Shown piece by piece: positions 48,162-61,400 of a stretch of DNA of 64,000 nucleotides. The stretch's first letter is position 1; each line of letters begins with the position of its first letter. Location of the stretch: the NCBI GenBank assembly GCA_036630325.1, contig CP142727.1, positions 124,001 through 188,000 of the forward strand, written 5' to 3'. The notes beneath the pieces are model-generated. The model was not told where the DNA came from. It made no database searches and was given only the letters and a program-made list of their open reading frames with translations. The position numbers and the translations under genes were made by a program. This DNA comes from Vairimorpha necatrix. Taxonomy: Eukaryota.

Positions 48162-49304
48162 ATGACTAGTCTCTTGAATATTTCTACTCTAAATTATGAA
48201 GATGTTCTTTCTCATTACAAATCTGCAGATAAAAATGAACTAATTTCTACACTAAAAGACTGTTTTCTTTACGCCCCACATAAGGTCGACCTTATTTGTC
48301 AGTTATTAATTAATATTTGTCAATCTGATAGCTCTTTAATTTTAATCATAACAGAACTGCTTACTACTCCATCTCCTTCTATTCAGTCAAATATTTCTCT
48401 TCTAATTTATTCTAAAACATTAAATTTTAATATTCCGTCTATTAATTCTAAAGTAATAGAAAACGAAATATTTAAAAATAAAGAAAATGACATTTTAAAA
48501 GACAGAGAATTGGAAATTAATGAATATCTCAATAATTTAGAATGTTTTCTTGAAGAAATAAAATCAAAACTACATTTTAATGTAAAAATCGATGAACTAG
48601 AATTTTTTAAAATAATTTTTATTATAAAAAATTATCAATTTGATATTTACGAATGTCTAGACGAATTAACAAAATATTCTACTAATGATATAGATTATTT
48701 AGCAATCTTATACTTGATCAACAATGAAGAGTTAGATTCATTTTACTTAATCAATTTATTTTTAAGATCAATACACGATAAAGAAAATGTAAATACTTTA
48801 TTAAAAATATTTCCTATGATGAATAAACAAATAAGAGACAGGTTAATAGCTTTTATTTTTGAATATTTTATAAACAGAAAATTTTTCCGCCATTCGCCAG
48901 ACACGAAAAATTTTTTTGATTCTGAGGAAGAAATTTCGGAGCTTAAAAAATTTATTGACGAAGACACTGTACGAGAAATGAAGAAATTTGTGAGCATTCA
49001 AAATCTCGAATCATTTTTACCGGACTTTAAAAATATTTATGAAGTCAAAAAAATTAATCCAGTAAAAAAAGAAGATTTTAATGTTAATCAGGATAAAGAA
49101 GGCTTTTATAGAGACTTCTGTTTATTAGGGTCGCCTTCTATTTCTCATTTTTTAAGTTATTTAGAAATTTATAAAGAAGAAATGAGAATGACAGAAGAAG
49201 ATCAGAAAATCTTTTTAGATATTTTTAATGAGATTTTTGAGAATAGGACGAGTTTTAAGAGGATTGTGTTGGAGAAAATGAGCAAGTTTAAATTTATCAA
49301 TTAA
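48162..49304 (+). CDS. Reduced nuclear cap-binding protein large subunit (CBP80/Sto1)-like, ~380 aa
   Basis: CCCTTC-ATG at 48162. N-terminal C...PHK and C-terminal LGSPSISHFLSYLE resemble CBP80 motifs (LPxK; GSKSxSH). Confidence 0.65.
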   Translation: MTSLLNISTLNYEDVLSHYKSADKNELISTLKDCFLYAPHKVDLICQLLINICQSDSSLILIITELLTTPSPSIQSNISLLIYSKTLNFNIPSINSKVIENEIFKNKENDILKDRELEINEYLNNLECFLEEIKSKLHFNVKIDELEFFKIIFIIKNYQFDIYECLDELTKYSTNDIDYLAILYLINNEELDSFYLINLFLRSIHDKENVNTLLKIFPMMNKQIRDRLIAFIFEYFINRKFFRHSPDTKNFFDSEEEISELKKFIDEDTVREMKKFVSIQNLESFLPDFKNIYEVKKINPVKKEDFNVNQDKEGFYRDFCLLGSPSISHFLSYLEIYKEEMRMTEEDQKIFLDIFNEIFENRTSFKRIVLEKMSKFKFIN

Positions 49305-49536
49305 AAAGCAATTTTTGCAAAAAAACTATGTTTATTTTCATTTTTTTTACGCCATTATAACAATTTCTAATATTAATATGTTTATATTATGTTAAATTAT
49401 ATATTTTCAGTCTAATGCTCAAGTATTTTCATGTTGTTTGTCTTTAATACATTTTAATAATTCACTATTATCCGAAGTTTTAACTTACTTTGTTCTGCTT
49501 CTCTTTTTTCTCTTTTTTCATGCTGAATATTTTTTA

Positions 49537-49547
49537 CCCCCAAAATG
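49537..49547 (+). promoter_or_regulatory. Microsporidian-type CCC motif just upstream of the ATG (example at RPS15; recurrent across the window)
   Basis: CCC(C) within ~10 nt of the ATG at 1580, 7116(-), 8221, 13945, 29036, 33060, 37171(-), 39261, 47571(-), 47729, 48162, 49545 and 62536. Confidence 0.75.
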
Positions 49548-49976
49548 GCTCCAACAGAGAAAAAATCATTTAGAAAATTTTCATACAGGGGTGTTGATTT
49601 TGATATCATAAAAAAAATGAAATTCAGTGAATACGCTGAATTATTACCATCAAGATTAAGACGAAGAGTTAAGAGAGGATTATCTGGAAGAGAAGTCGAA
49701 CTTATAAAATCATGCATAGCATCCAAGGAGGCTATGACAAATGCACATGAGAAACCAGAGATAGTCAAGACTCATGCTCGTAGTGCAATTATTTGGCCAT
49801 GTATGGTTGGCAGTATTGTCGGTGTCCATGTAGGCAATGGATATCTTCCTATAGAAATCAGGCCTGAAATGTTAGGCTGCTTACTTTCCGATTTTGCTCC
49901 TACTCGTGTGCATCCTAAACACGGTAAGCCTGGTATTGCAGATCATGCAGGATCAAAATTCGTACCACTTAAATAA
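49545..49976 (+). CDS. RPS15: 40S ribosomal protein S15 (uS19)
   Basis: [42 protein letters not shown]...[13 protein letters not shown]. Confidence 0.96.
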   Translation: MAPTEKKSFRKFSYRGVDFDIIKKMKFSEYAELLPSRLRRRVKRGLSGREVELIKSCIASKEAMTNAHEKPEIVKTHARSAIIWPCMVGSIVGVHVGNGYLPIEIRPEMLGCLLSDFAPTRVHPKHGKPGIADHAGSKFVPLK

Positions 49977-50949
49977 ATTATTTATAATTTAATCATTAAG
50001 TTTAACATTTTTATTTTTTATAAATTTAGTAACTTTAGTCTTCTTATTGCAGCAAGATCAACTTGTTCTATTTGATGACTTCTTTGTTTTTTTTTTGTTT
50101 ATAAGTTAGAAACATAATCTTCTGAGAGATTAATAACACTTATTAAATAATATATATGATAAAAATGATTTTAATACATCTATAAAATATTATATGTTTT
50201 ATTGATTAATTTTAATTTTTCTTTCTCAACTTGGAGAAATTAACTTAAAATTCTTATGTTTATCTCTTTAATTAAACAAAAAAATAATTGCAGCGTGCAA
50301 TACATAGTTATATTATATAGAATGGTCTTCTCATTTTTATTAAATGTAATTTTTTGCAAAAAAAAACTTTTTTTGTTTACAAAATTATTAGATAAATTGT
50401 CAAAATAAAGTTATATATTTGGCGGGTATTATCGGCCCGACTTGAGAGTAGTTCTTGATTTTTTTTGAAATCGAAATTTAAAAAAGACGGAGCAAGAACT
50501 GATACAAAAATTTTTTGGCCATTTTTGATATATAGATAATAAATAAGCCTTGATGTAAATACAAAGTTTAGTTATAATCTTTTTATCACTACCAGCCCAT
50601 ATCTTAAGAAGCTAGTCAACATAATTTTAATAAACCTTTCTTCATCTATTATCCAATTCTAGAATAAAAAATGTGTGTTAAACTGTTCTATTTCGAATAC
50701 TTATTTTTTTAAACGAGTTCATTATTCTAGAATGATATCTTTTTATAGATTTTCTTATATTAAACTTAAAACGGTTAAACACAATTAATGTATGAAATAT
50801 GAAATATGGGCGAAACTATAAGAATAAATAGTTTATGAAATAATTTTTTACCTTAATTTATAAATTGTAGTACAGCTTAGTCGGTATCGCTCATGGGATT
50901 CAGCCTTTCACTGACTAAAATTTCTGTGAAATTTTTTTTTAGATTTTCA

Positions 50950-51770
50950 ACCTCAGATTCAGCTTCACCCTCATTAAAACGACACCACTTCTTTATCGGT
51001 CCCCCTATTTGCTGTGCGCTTACAGATTAGACACATCTTTCTCGACTGCATCTTTTTGTTCGTATCCTCCTCGTCATTCAAAAGAGATGGACTTTAGACA
51101 TCTTTACACAATAGACTGGATGTATGCCTCAAGTTTGTTGTATTTCCAGCTCCCAATGGCTTTCTGTGATATTTGCTCGCCACTCCATCTCATGTCATTA
51201 CATAAGGAACTATTCTGTCCGGGATTTATGATTAGTCTCAGTTCATTTTTTATTTTCGACTATGAAGTCGGTCGTGGTTTGCTATACCAACTTCGACTAT
51301 AGAAATTTACTTTTTTTCTTGTCAAACACAAGAATATCAGGCTTATTATGGGTCCCCTTTATATTAGGGATATCCTGTATCTACTCTTATATCCGCACGA
51401 TCGTTTTCCATGATCTCTTGTACTGAGTGTCAAAGTATTTTATTTGTCTTCTAAACCCCATGTTTATTACGTAGTAAGAGATGAATGCATCTAACTACCT
51501 TGTCGTGTTTTAATATAATCTGACCCCACATTCGATCGCATTTGGTAGCTAAATGATCTACATAAATATTTCATTCTGTAGGAAGCAGTAAACTGCTTCG
51601 GATCTATCCTGAATGTTTCCTTTGACTAGGTTGGTAAAAGAGCCCCATGCTTACTTAATTATTATCCAAGGCTTTAAAAAACTTTCCGTGTTTGTCCTTG
51701 TGTATATTTTGATGTAAAGCGCTTCTTTCTTCGATTCTATTAGCATCTTTGGGATTATCTCTCCTACAAA
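50950..51770 (-). mobile_element. Degenerate REL-endonuclease non-LTR retrotransposon remnant
   Basis: Minus-strand relics VDHLATKCDRM, HDKVVRCIHL, KPDILVFDKKK and EAYIQSIV. Boundaries approximate. Confidence 0.7.
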
Positions 51771-52227
51771 GCTTCAAAAATATACACCATTTAATTTTTG
51801 AATGTAATATATTGATACAAAATACACATTAAATTACAAATTAGAAAAAAAATATTTAACCTTTACAATTAGTATAAAAAGTAAAAAAAATGTATCTTTG
51901 CTGCAAACAATAATTTTTGAATATATGTCAATTTAGGAGCAAAATAAATTACATTTCAAATAACTACAATTTTTCATGTTTATAAACCGAGAATATAATT
52001 ATTTGAACAATCAAGTGTTTAATTTTTTTTGGTTTCTTAGTTTTTTAAAATACTATAAATATGTTTTACAATACATTTTTTTAAAATCACTAAAGCTTAA
52101 TATACATATTTTACTTTACCTATTTCGTTGTCCCTTTAAGGCTGAAAATTTTTATTACGTGGTCTGACAGAAAAACAATTTCCCCTATATTTTTAATATA
52201 AAAAAAATATTTTACCCTGACTATAAT

Positions 52228-52902
52228 ATGAACAGAAAAGATATATTTGTTTTATCGGTACTAATAATGAGTGTTTTCACGTATTTATATTTGCAATTTA
52301 AATCTTTAAAAGACAGTGATTTTACATTTTTCTCCAAAAAAAACAATAATATTATTATAAATGATTCCTACATTGATAAACTTCATATTCTTAGCGCCGT
52401 GAATGAACTACACTCTCAGTCTAAAATATATAGCAAAGAACAAATTAAGAATATATTAATTGCCCTGAGAATATATTCTAATTTTAGACCAAGTTGGACA
52501 GTTTGTTATGAAGGAACCCAGTATTTCGAAACAAATAAAAAGGAGATAGATGATTTTATGTCTTCATTACACACATTCTTATTTTCAAAGAAAAATGGAG
52601 TAAAGGAATGTTACAAGGGTACCAAAAAAGAGCATAAATACATTGCCAGCCTATTAACGTCACTAATATCTAGCGAAACGATGAACGAAACGAATTATCC
52701 CATAATATTTTATCTCGGAGAACCTTATTCAACTTTAAAAGAACATGCTGAAGATTTGTGGGATAAAAACTTAAAAAATCAAATTAATAAAGAAACGTTA
52801 AAGATTAGATATAATGGTATTGAAAAACTTATATCTGTGGCTAACTATGTTTGGATACGTTTGTTTGTGCATTTTGATATAATCATCCTCGGACAACCTT
52901 AA
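52228..52902 (+). CDS. Family B protein (224 aa) with an N-terminal signal anchor/TM, unknown function
   Basis: Hydrophobic segment at about residues 6-24. Paralog of 56938..57615, sharing YIDKLHI, KNILIALRIYSNFR.SW and YVWIRLFV.FDII. Confidence 0.82.
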   Translation: MNRKDIFVLSVLIMSVFTYLYLQFKSLKDSDFTFFSKKNNNIIINDSYIDKLHILSAVNELHSQSKIYSKEQIKNILIALRIYSNFRPSWTVCYEGTQYFETNKKEIDDFMSSLHTFLFSKKNGVKECYKGTKKEHKYIASLLTSLISSETMNETNYPIIFYLGEPYSTLKEHAEDLWDKNLKNQINKETLKIRYNGIEKLISVANYVWIRLFVHFDIIILGQP

Positions 52903-55900
52903 GATGAAGTAAAATATAAGTTGCATCTACACATCAAAAAAATATAATGAAAAAAATAATTTTTATACTTTCTTATTATGAAGATTTAAAATAAATATTT
53001 AGTTTGACAGTAAAACGTGAAATTTTTTTTTTATAATCTCATGTTTTTATAACTTTTAAAATTAGTATATATTGATAAATAAATCTTCTCTGTTTTTTTT
53101 AGTTTTTTGGACTTATATGTTTTAATCGAAAACCAAATATGTACTAAAAAAAATTATGACAAATACAAATATCAATTTATACATAAATAGCACAGCTGAT
53201 ACTTGTAGTAATTTTTTATACAGTATGCAAATAAACACAGAAAAAAATAAGGTTTTTTATAAAGCAGACTTCTGAATAACATTTCATTTTATTTAATATC
53301 AAATCTTAAATCACTTTTAATTTTTATTTAAAGACTAAAAATTTTATAATTATTGTATACACAGTGGCGTCTATGATGGTACTTTGGCCAAGGTCCGCCT
53401 TGATTCGTCTTTGTGTTCTCTCTCATGTTTTTCTCATATACTACAAGAAGTGCATTGTGTATTTTCTATAATATTTTACATTGAATTTAGGCATTAACCT
53501 TTGTATCTATTTCGATTATATACACTTAGCAAAATGTCCCGATGCAAGCTCAATATTAGGCATGGCTAATTTAAATGCTAGGTGCGTCAAAACGGTTTTA
53601 CTTTCTATGATGCAGCTGGAACAACTCAAATGATTAAATGTAAAAGAAAATCATTACTTAGATTCAATGATACTTTTGCATCTAGCCATAAGGGGATTAG
53701 CTTCCAGTGTAGAAATGCCTTATAATACGTTGACTGCAAAAGTCGTTAAAAGATCTTTTCAATATGAATTGTGTTCCAAGTTTTAAATAAACCAAGAATA
53801 TAAAATAGTTCATGTTTTGCTTTTCGAAATAAATAAGCGTATAGATCATTTAAACTAAATTAAACCTTTGTATTTTACTCTTTAATGGCTTTTTTTTGCT
53901 AACAAGCGTCAAACATAACACACGTAACTCTAATAATTCATAATTTATAGGAAAATTTTGAAAATGAGATTAATTTAAAGTGTTGAGGCTGAGCTGAAGG
54001 GAAATTCCTTGACACACATATTGATAAAGGTAGGCAACGTGTACGGCTTAATCTTATTTATTCTTGTAATTATTTATAAATACATAGAAGTATCTGTTGG
54101 TACAGCCCAATTTAATTCTATAACTTGTGTACGCTAGGCAGGTATCCTAACCCCTACCAAGAGAATAGAGGAAGTATAACAAGTAATGTCTCGTGGAATT
54201 TAGCCTACAAATTCCTTGACACGGTCTCAAATTAGAAGTCGATATAGTGGTTAATGATGCTCAATAAAATACCGGGCTGGTGATGTGGCAGTGTAAGAGC
54301 CATATGTGAAATGCATATAATTGAAGAACCATTTTAGCTAGTAGATGATTTCTCTCTAAGGCTATTAAACGTCAGTAAGCTTAGCATATCTGTTATAAGT
54401 TTCTGATAGACTCAATTTGGGAATTTAATATCAAAATATTTTTCGGAGCTAAAGTCAAATGGATACGGCGGAGCTGCCGTGGCGGCTTGATATATAGAGG
54501 AGGTTTTAGTGAATAAGAACCTCCCAGAACCAATTGGAAAAGGATTAAGTACAAATCTCTCTGGTCCCAATGTTGTAAATTCTATACCTCTCATTTGCAA
54601 AAAAAGTGTCAATCTCCATTTTACCTTCGTACATATATAAATATCAATTTTAAAAAAAATCCTTTTTTTTGAAACCAAAATATAAAAAAAGAAAATAAAT
54701 AATTTATAAAGTTCAAAAAAAAATAGTTATTATAAGATCTAATTTGGCCACAATATATGAAAACAACCATAAACTAAATTTTATATTTAATTTTCCTATA
54801 TTGTCTTTATATATATATATATATATATCTAAATACATAAAAAAAATTTGTTTTTTAGTCATTATAACTAGGTTTTAATGCTGATAATTATGTTTTTATT
54901 TTTTTGTTGTTTAAAACAGGTCTATGGTATTGTAAACATTATTTTTGCTTTGGGTAAGAAATTAGTATTTTTGTAATTTATTGGTACTTATAGACGAATA
55001 ATTTAGTAATAGTTCATATTATTGTTCTTTAAAGCATTCATATGTAATTAATAACCTCAAAATTGTTAGTTATAAAATCTAACCTCTATTATAATGATTT
55101 TTATTTATTTATATAAATATATGTTTTTACTTACTGCTAAATTATAGCATTATTTCTGAGTTATTTTAATATTCATTATATATATAACTATGTTTCTTTA
55201 TTTTACATAAAGATATATAAAATACAGATTTATTTAAGTAGGTAGTAAAATAATAAGAAAAAATAAAATTTTAGATAATTTATTATTTTTGAATTTTATG
55301 TTGTTTTATTATAGTTTTTTGTTGTTTTTCTCATTCTCGTTCTGTCCAATTCGAATTTCGAAATCATGAATATGTTTTAAAAATTGGTATTTATATATGT
55401 AAAGGGTGTAAAGTGGAAATGCTCCAAAATTAAATTACATTTAATGTATATTATAATCGTGTACGTGATTTCTCGACCCAATCATTTTCCAAGGATAAAA
55501 AATTTTCGATATAACATTTATTTTTTGATAGTTTACGAGATTTTAAAATGGGTAGTTTTTTATTTTACGTTATTTTATGCTCGTAATACGTATATTAACA
55601 TATTCTACATATAAACTTTCGGTTTTTTGTCTTCTAAGCCAGTAACTGCCTTTCTTAGCCACTTTTATACTCTGACAGTTTCCTAGTCATTGTTTTCATT
55701 TTATCTAATATACAGGCTTATGTCTTCTTAATCACAATATTAATTTTTTGTAAAAAATGAAGTGAGCTTTGAGCTAATTGATCTTCTTGTTATAATATCA
55801 AGTCTGCGTCTCATGTCATTATCCAAAGATAATTATTTACAAATGTTTTTATAGACTATGAATTTCAAAACATATATTTTTTATATAAAATAGAATTTGC

Positions 55901-56937
55901 TTTTTTTGATCAAAAATTGGTAGTGATAAATACAAAATCTCTTTTGGCAATATTTTTATTGTGTACTAAACCATAATTAATATTAAAATTATATTTTTGC
56001 GGCATTTGATCATGTATACGGTTTTTAAAATGTTTTTTCTCGTTTTGTAGTGTATATACGGCAAACGAATATTAGAACTTTTTTAGTAATTCTTTAATCA
56101 TGTGGTGAATGAAAGCAAAACGATAAAGATGTTTTTGCTATATAATTTTTACAAAAAAAAAACAAATACATTGAGAACGTTATATTTATAAAAACAATAT
56201 AAACTATTTTTTTAATTACATTCTTCCTTAAAAAAGATGATTTCATTTTAGATCTCATGAATTGCTGAATTTATGTTTCTATCAGAATAATCGTTTTTCT
56301 GTATTATAAAATTATTTTTTACTAATAAAAAAGGAGTTCATGTGGCCACGATTGCGTTACACAACCCTTTCCACATATGAATTGTCAAAAAGGGATGAGA
56401 TATGATGACAAAATATAATATTGTGAATCATTGTATAAAGTAAGAGTGTGATATTACCGTAAATGTATAATATATTTTTTAAGAAATATACACCTTTTAA
56501 TTTTAAATAATCTAATTCCTATGATACGAAATTAACATATAATTTGAAATTAAAAAAAAATAACTGCATAATATTAAACACTAACAACAAAACAACATCA
56601 GAATCTTATTTCTCCACTGTAAAACATATCAAAAAAAATATACACCTTTGAAACAAAAATAAAAATTCCATTGCATATAACTACAATTTCTCAAGTTTTA
56701 TATCCGAAAATAAATTATTTGGATTAACATGGCAATGTTGTTTAAATTCTTAGTTTTTCATAATATTATAAATATTTTTTACAATACGTTTTTTTTAAGT
56801 GCTAAAGTTCATTATACCTGATTTACTTTATCTATTTTTATAGTCCTTTAGGGGTATAAACTTTTATTACGTGGTCTGACAAAAAAAAGATTTCCCCTAT
56901 ATTTTATTATAAAAATAATATTTTACTTGTCTATAAT

Positions 56938-57615
56938 ATGAATAGAAATGTTATGTTTATTTTTTTGGTAGTAACTTTAAGTGTGTTCACGTATTTTTAT
57001 TTGCATTTTAGATCTCTAAAAGACCATGGTTTCTCAGCTCTATACAAAAAAGACAATATAACTATTATAAATGACACCTACATTGATAAACTTCATATTC
57101 CCAGCACCGTGGATGAACTATACTCTCGATGTCCGAGATTAAGTAAAGAACAATATAAAAATATATTAATTGCGCTGAGAATATATTCTAATTTTAGAAC
57201 TAGTTGGCTAGATGATTATAAAGAATCTATAAACTTTAAAGCAAATAAAAAAGCGATCGATGAATTTATGTCCTCATTAAATGAATTTGTATTTTTGAAG
57301 GAAAACGGAATAAAAGAATGTTGCGACGGATTGGAGAAAGAGCATCTATACATTTGTGGCCTATTAACTTCATTAGTTCCAAAAGACAAAACGTTTGAAA
57401 TAAATACACCTATAGAAAAATATCTTGAAGAACCTTTTGCATCTCTAAAAAAACAGGCTGAAGATATGTGGGATGAGAACATAAAGAATCAACTTTATAA
57501 AGAAATGATAAAGATAACACACAAGGGAAAAGATTTACTAATAACTGTGGATTCCTATGTCTGGATACGTTTGTTTGTGTATTTTGATATAATAACTGCG
57601 CTTGAACTTCATTAA
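56938..57615 (+). CDS. Family B protein (225 aa)
   Basis: Full-length colinear paralog of 52228..52902 with a conserved upstream region. Confidence 0.82.
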   Translation: MNRNVMFIFLVVTLSVFTYFYLHFRSLKDHGFSALYKKDNITIINDTYIDKLHIPSTVDELYSRCPRLSKEQYKNILIALRIYSNFRTSWLDDYKESINFKANKKAIDEFMSSLNEFVFLKENGIKECCDGLEKEHLYICGLLTSLVPKDKTFEINTPIEKYLEEPFASLKKQAEDMWDENIKNQLYKEMIKITHKGKDLLITVDSYVWIRLFVYFDIITALELH

Positions 57616-60585
57616 GACTATTAAATTAAAAATCTGCCATATCTTAGTTTAAAAAATATTAAAAATATTTCAGAACTCTCTTATTATGAAGATGCTTAAA
57701 TAAAGTTTTAGTTTGTCAAGCAAATGTGCTGTTTTTTTTCTTGTAATATATATGTCTTATATCTTGTCGAACTATTTTTTTTCTGAAAAAGTTCTTCTCT
57801 GTTTTTTAAGTAATGTATGTCTTTATGCCTTACAACAGAACCAAATATGAAAAAAAAAATATTGATAATTCAGATTACAGTTTATTTACCATAAATAATA
57901 TAGCTGATATGTGTGGTAATTTTTTTTTTTAACACGCAAATTAACACAGAAATGAAAAATAATACTTAGAAAGCCTTTCATTATATATTAAATCAAATTT
58001 TAATCACTTTAAAATTTTATTTTTGAAGCCTATAAATGTTATAAGTATTTTATGCAAAATGGACAATTAGGTGCTTTATGCTAAGGTCCGGCCATTATTA
58101 GTCTTTGTGTTTCTTTTTTGTCATTTTAATATACTACAAGAAATGCAAGGTGTATTTTCTATAATAGTTTACATTGGATTTAGGCATTTAAATTTTGTAG
58201 ATATTTCGCTTAAATACACTTATTCTAATGTCCTAAGGTAGAGCTAATTATTGGGCATAACTTAGTTCAAATTCCAGGTGCCATCCGTTTTTACTTTCTT
58301 TGATGCAGTTGGAATAACTCAAATGATTAAATGTATATGAAAACCATTAGTTTAGCATGATGAAACTTGTTTGCGTCTAGTCATAATGAGATCAGCACCA
58401 TGTGTTGAAACGCACGCTAACATGTTGGCTTCATAGGACATTTTTTTGATCAGATATACGTCCCACTTTTAAATAAACCAAAAATACAAATATATAATTT
58501 ATTTTTCAAAATGAATATGCATAATGGACATAGCAAACTATATTAATCCTTTTATAGATTTACATGCTTAAAGCCGTTGAACAAAACTTACGTAAATCAA
58601 AAATTAATATATAATTGCGCTATTAGAACATATAATTTAGGGGTAAATAAAAAAGTGCTTTTCTAAGTGGAGAGGCAGGCTTAAGGGAAATTTGTCGCGC
58701 CATATAAGGATGACGGGCTGTCAACGTGTTAAGGCAAAAAGTTTTCATTCTTAAAGTTATTTTTCAAAACATACAAGTATCTGTTAATACAGTTAGGTAA
58801 AATCTCAGGTCTTGTGCAGTCTAGGATGTTATCTCCATACTGTTCTAAGATACTAGACAAATTAGAGCAATATAAGAACCTGGGGGTCTTATCTTACAGT
58901 CTATCTAGCAAAATTGACGAAATGGGAGTCAAACTTGTGTTAACGCGCCTAAATAAAATGCCGGTGGGATGTGGCATCGAAGAGCCGTATGCTAGATGCA
59001 GATAACTGTAGGACTATTTGCTCCAGTACTATGAATTATCTTATAAAACGCTTAACGCCAATTCGCAAATGCATCTGTTTAAGGGTCTTCTAGACTTGGT
59101 TTGAGGTAAAAATAAAACATATTCTTCTGGAATCAAATTCAAATTTCTTTGCGGAGTTTGCTATGTATCAAGTTATACATGGGGTCTTAAGTAAAAACTA
59201 TTCAGTAGCAGATGATTGAGGATCACTCTCAAATTCATCTTCTATTTGTAAGATTTATCCTCACATCTTACTTGTTTAAAAATGAGATCTTTAATATTTC
59301 ACTTTATTTACGTAAAATATCCTATACATTATAACGAGGCAATTATAAATTACTTTTATTCGTGCATGAGAAACATTTATTTCGTCAAAATTACGCGGTT
59401 CTGGCTCGAAATCAGTAATTTTTTGTTAGGTTAATTCCTTCTTCTATTGTAGACAGTATTTGAATCAAATTGTAATTTTATTAAATTAATCTTACATCAC
59501 AAATGTAATATCATCATAATAAGGGGGTATACTCTCATTTTAACTTGTTTAAGATATCACTTATTAAACATAAGTTATTCCTTCGAAATATATGCTTAAA
59601 AATTTGTACTCACAAAAAAAATTGGAAATATTTTTCAACACTTCTTTAGTGGATTTATAAAATGTCAACCACTTATTTTGCTGATTTCTTGATGTAATAT
59701 TAAATATAAATTTAAAGCGAAAATTTGTTACTTATAATTACTTGGTATTTACCCGGAATTGTGCCAGTAGCAAGAAAGCATTCAATAATGCTACGGCCAT
59801 GTGAACCGTGAATTTTCAGGGTAGGTGTAAATTAAGATGAATAATGTTTTTGTTAGAGGCGTCATAGGCTTGAGCTGGAGTGTAGGTGTTGTAATTCTTA
59901 GGCATCATGTTGCGCGATGAATTAGTTATTTATATTTGTGGGTAACAAACTAGTAGAAGTTAGTGTTACAGAATTGTCCACTAACTGAGAGGGGTGCTTG
60001 ACGTGTATGAGGTTAGATCAGCGTTTCATCATTTATTGGTCACCATAAAACATGTGGTATGAATTATTATACCACAATTACAAAAATACTTGGGAATAAT
60101 CTCTTTTTTATAAACAGTTTCTCCGTAAATTCAAGCTTTAAATATTTTTAAGATTGTTTTTGAAAATTTTTACCTTACCCCTCCCCTCAAAAAAAAATTG
60201 CAAAAACATCAAAATCATCTTGTTTAAAATGCAAAAATAATGTTTGGAGTAAACTTTACAATATTTAAAAATTATCTCAATAAATCTTCTAATTTTTTAA
60301 CTCATTTTAGACTTATATGTTACTTAAAAAATGTTTAGTCCATCAAATTACCCCTTATAATTCCCAATTCCCAAAATGGAATCAAAAAAACAAAAGGAGA
60401 TATAGATCATAAAACAAATTATTGGACCAAGTTTCTTCAAATGATAAAGACGCCCAAGTTTTTTTTAAAAAAAAATATTTTTCCTTGATTTTATGTAATT
60501 TATTTGTTGTAAAAGTTTTTCATTTGGATTTCATTAATTGATAAAATCCCCTTTCTTCATTATTCCTTTTTAATTAAGCCCTAAT

Positions 60586-61400
60586 ATGAACAAGAAGACT
60601 ATATTCTCTCTAATTTTATCAACAATCTGCAGTGCGACGGTTTTGTATATAATTTATTTGATTTTAAAAAAACAAAATTCTATCATCTCCAGACGACATA
60701 ATTTCTCCATCTTTAGAAGACAAGGGTAATTTATTTATAAGGACCATTAGTTCCTCGTCTTTTGAAAAAAAAAGTTTTCAATCTCCAGAGAACATAAGTT
60801 TTCCATCTAAAAAAATCAATACTATTGGATGTTCAATCCCCCAAAGTTCTTTGTTAACAGAACACATCAATCATTTTTCAACTGACGATATCATTGATAA
60901 AAAAATCGTTGAAGATGGTGCAATATTTTTAAAACAGTTAGGAAAATGATTGACTATTGGACAATACAAAAGTATAATCATTGCATTAAGAATATTTTTC
61001 AATTTCTGAACTAGTTGGATAGATGAGCATATAGTAGCTCTAAAGCTTAAGATAGATAAATTAAGGGCAGATGAATTTATGTCCTCGTTAAAAAAAACTC
61101 TAGGCTCTATACTGGGCTGGGCAAAATTTTAAAAGTACAGTGACTATCGATATATGTATTAAGAGCCTATTAGTGTTATTAGTTCCTAAAAATAGCATGA
61201 TCAAAATCAATGCCACTATTAAAAAATATCTTGAAGAACCATATAAAATAGAAAGAGAATAAACTGAACGTATGTGGAGAAAGGCAGCGAGGACGAATTT
61301 AGATTTCGTCAAATATTATTATACTATTTGGGAAAAATAGAAATATGGCGTGTTCGATGGTATGTCTATGCATGTTTGATGCATCATTTAGAAAATATAT
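60586..61400 (+). pseudogene. Family B pseudogene (more diverged third copy)
   Basis: CCCTAAT-ATG MNKKTIFSLIL. Relic QYKSIIIALRIFFNF*TSWIDE, DEFMSSL and KYLEEPY, with stops and frameshifts. End approximate. Confidence 0.7.

Larger units (their letters stand above)
51779..59280 (+). repeat. Diverged segmental duplication: ~51779-54600 vs ~56487-59280 (offset ~4.7 kb)
   Basis: Matching blocks at a near-constant offset: AATATACACC (51779/56487), ATG (52228/56938), TACTACAAGAA, AACTCAAATGATTAAATGTA, AAGGGAAATT and GATGTGGCA..AAGAGCC. Confidence 0.75.

Noticed and set aside
50895-50930. U5 snRNA (GCCTTTCAC loop followed by AATTTCTG)
   Set aside because: The loop differs from GCCUUUUAC, the flanking stem is only ~3 bp, and it abuts the 3' end of a non-LTR remnant.
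54140-54160. Telomerase RNA template-like CCTAACCCCTACC
   Set aside because: Not a clean 1.5-repeat template, and not conserved in the duplicated copy near 58830.
54808-54828. (TA)n microsatellite
   Set aside because: Short and expected at this AT content.
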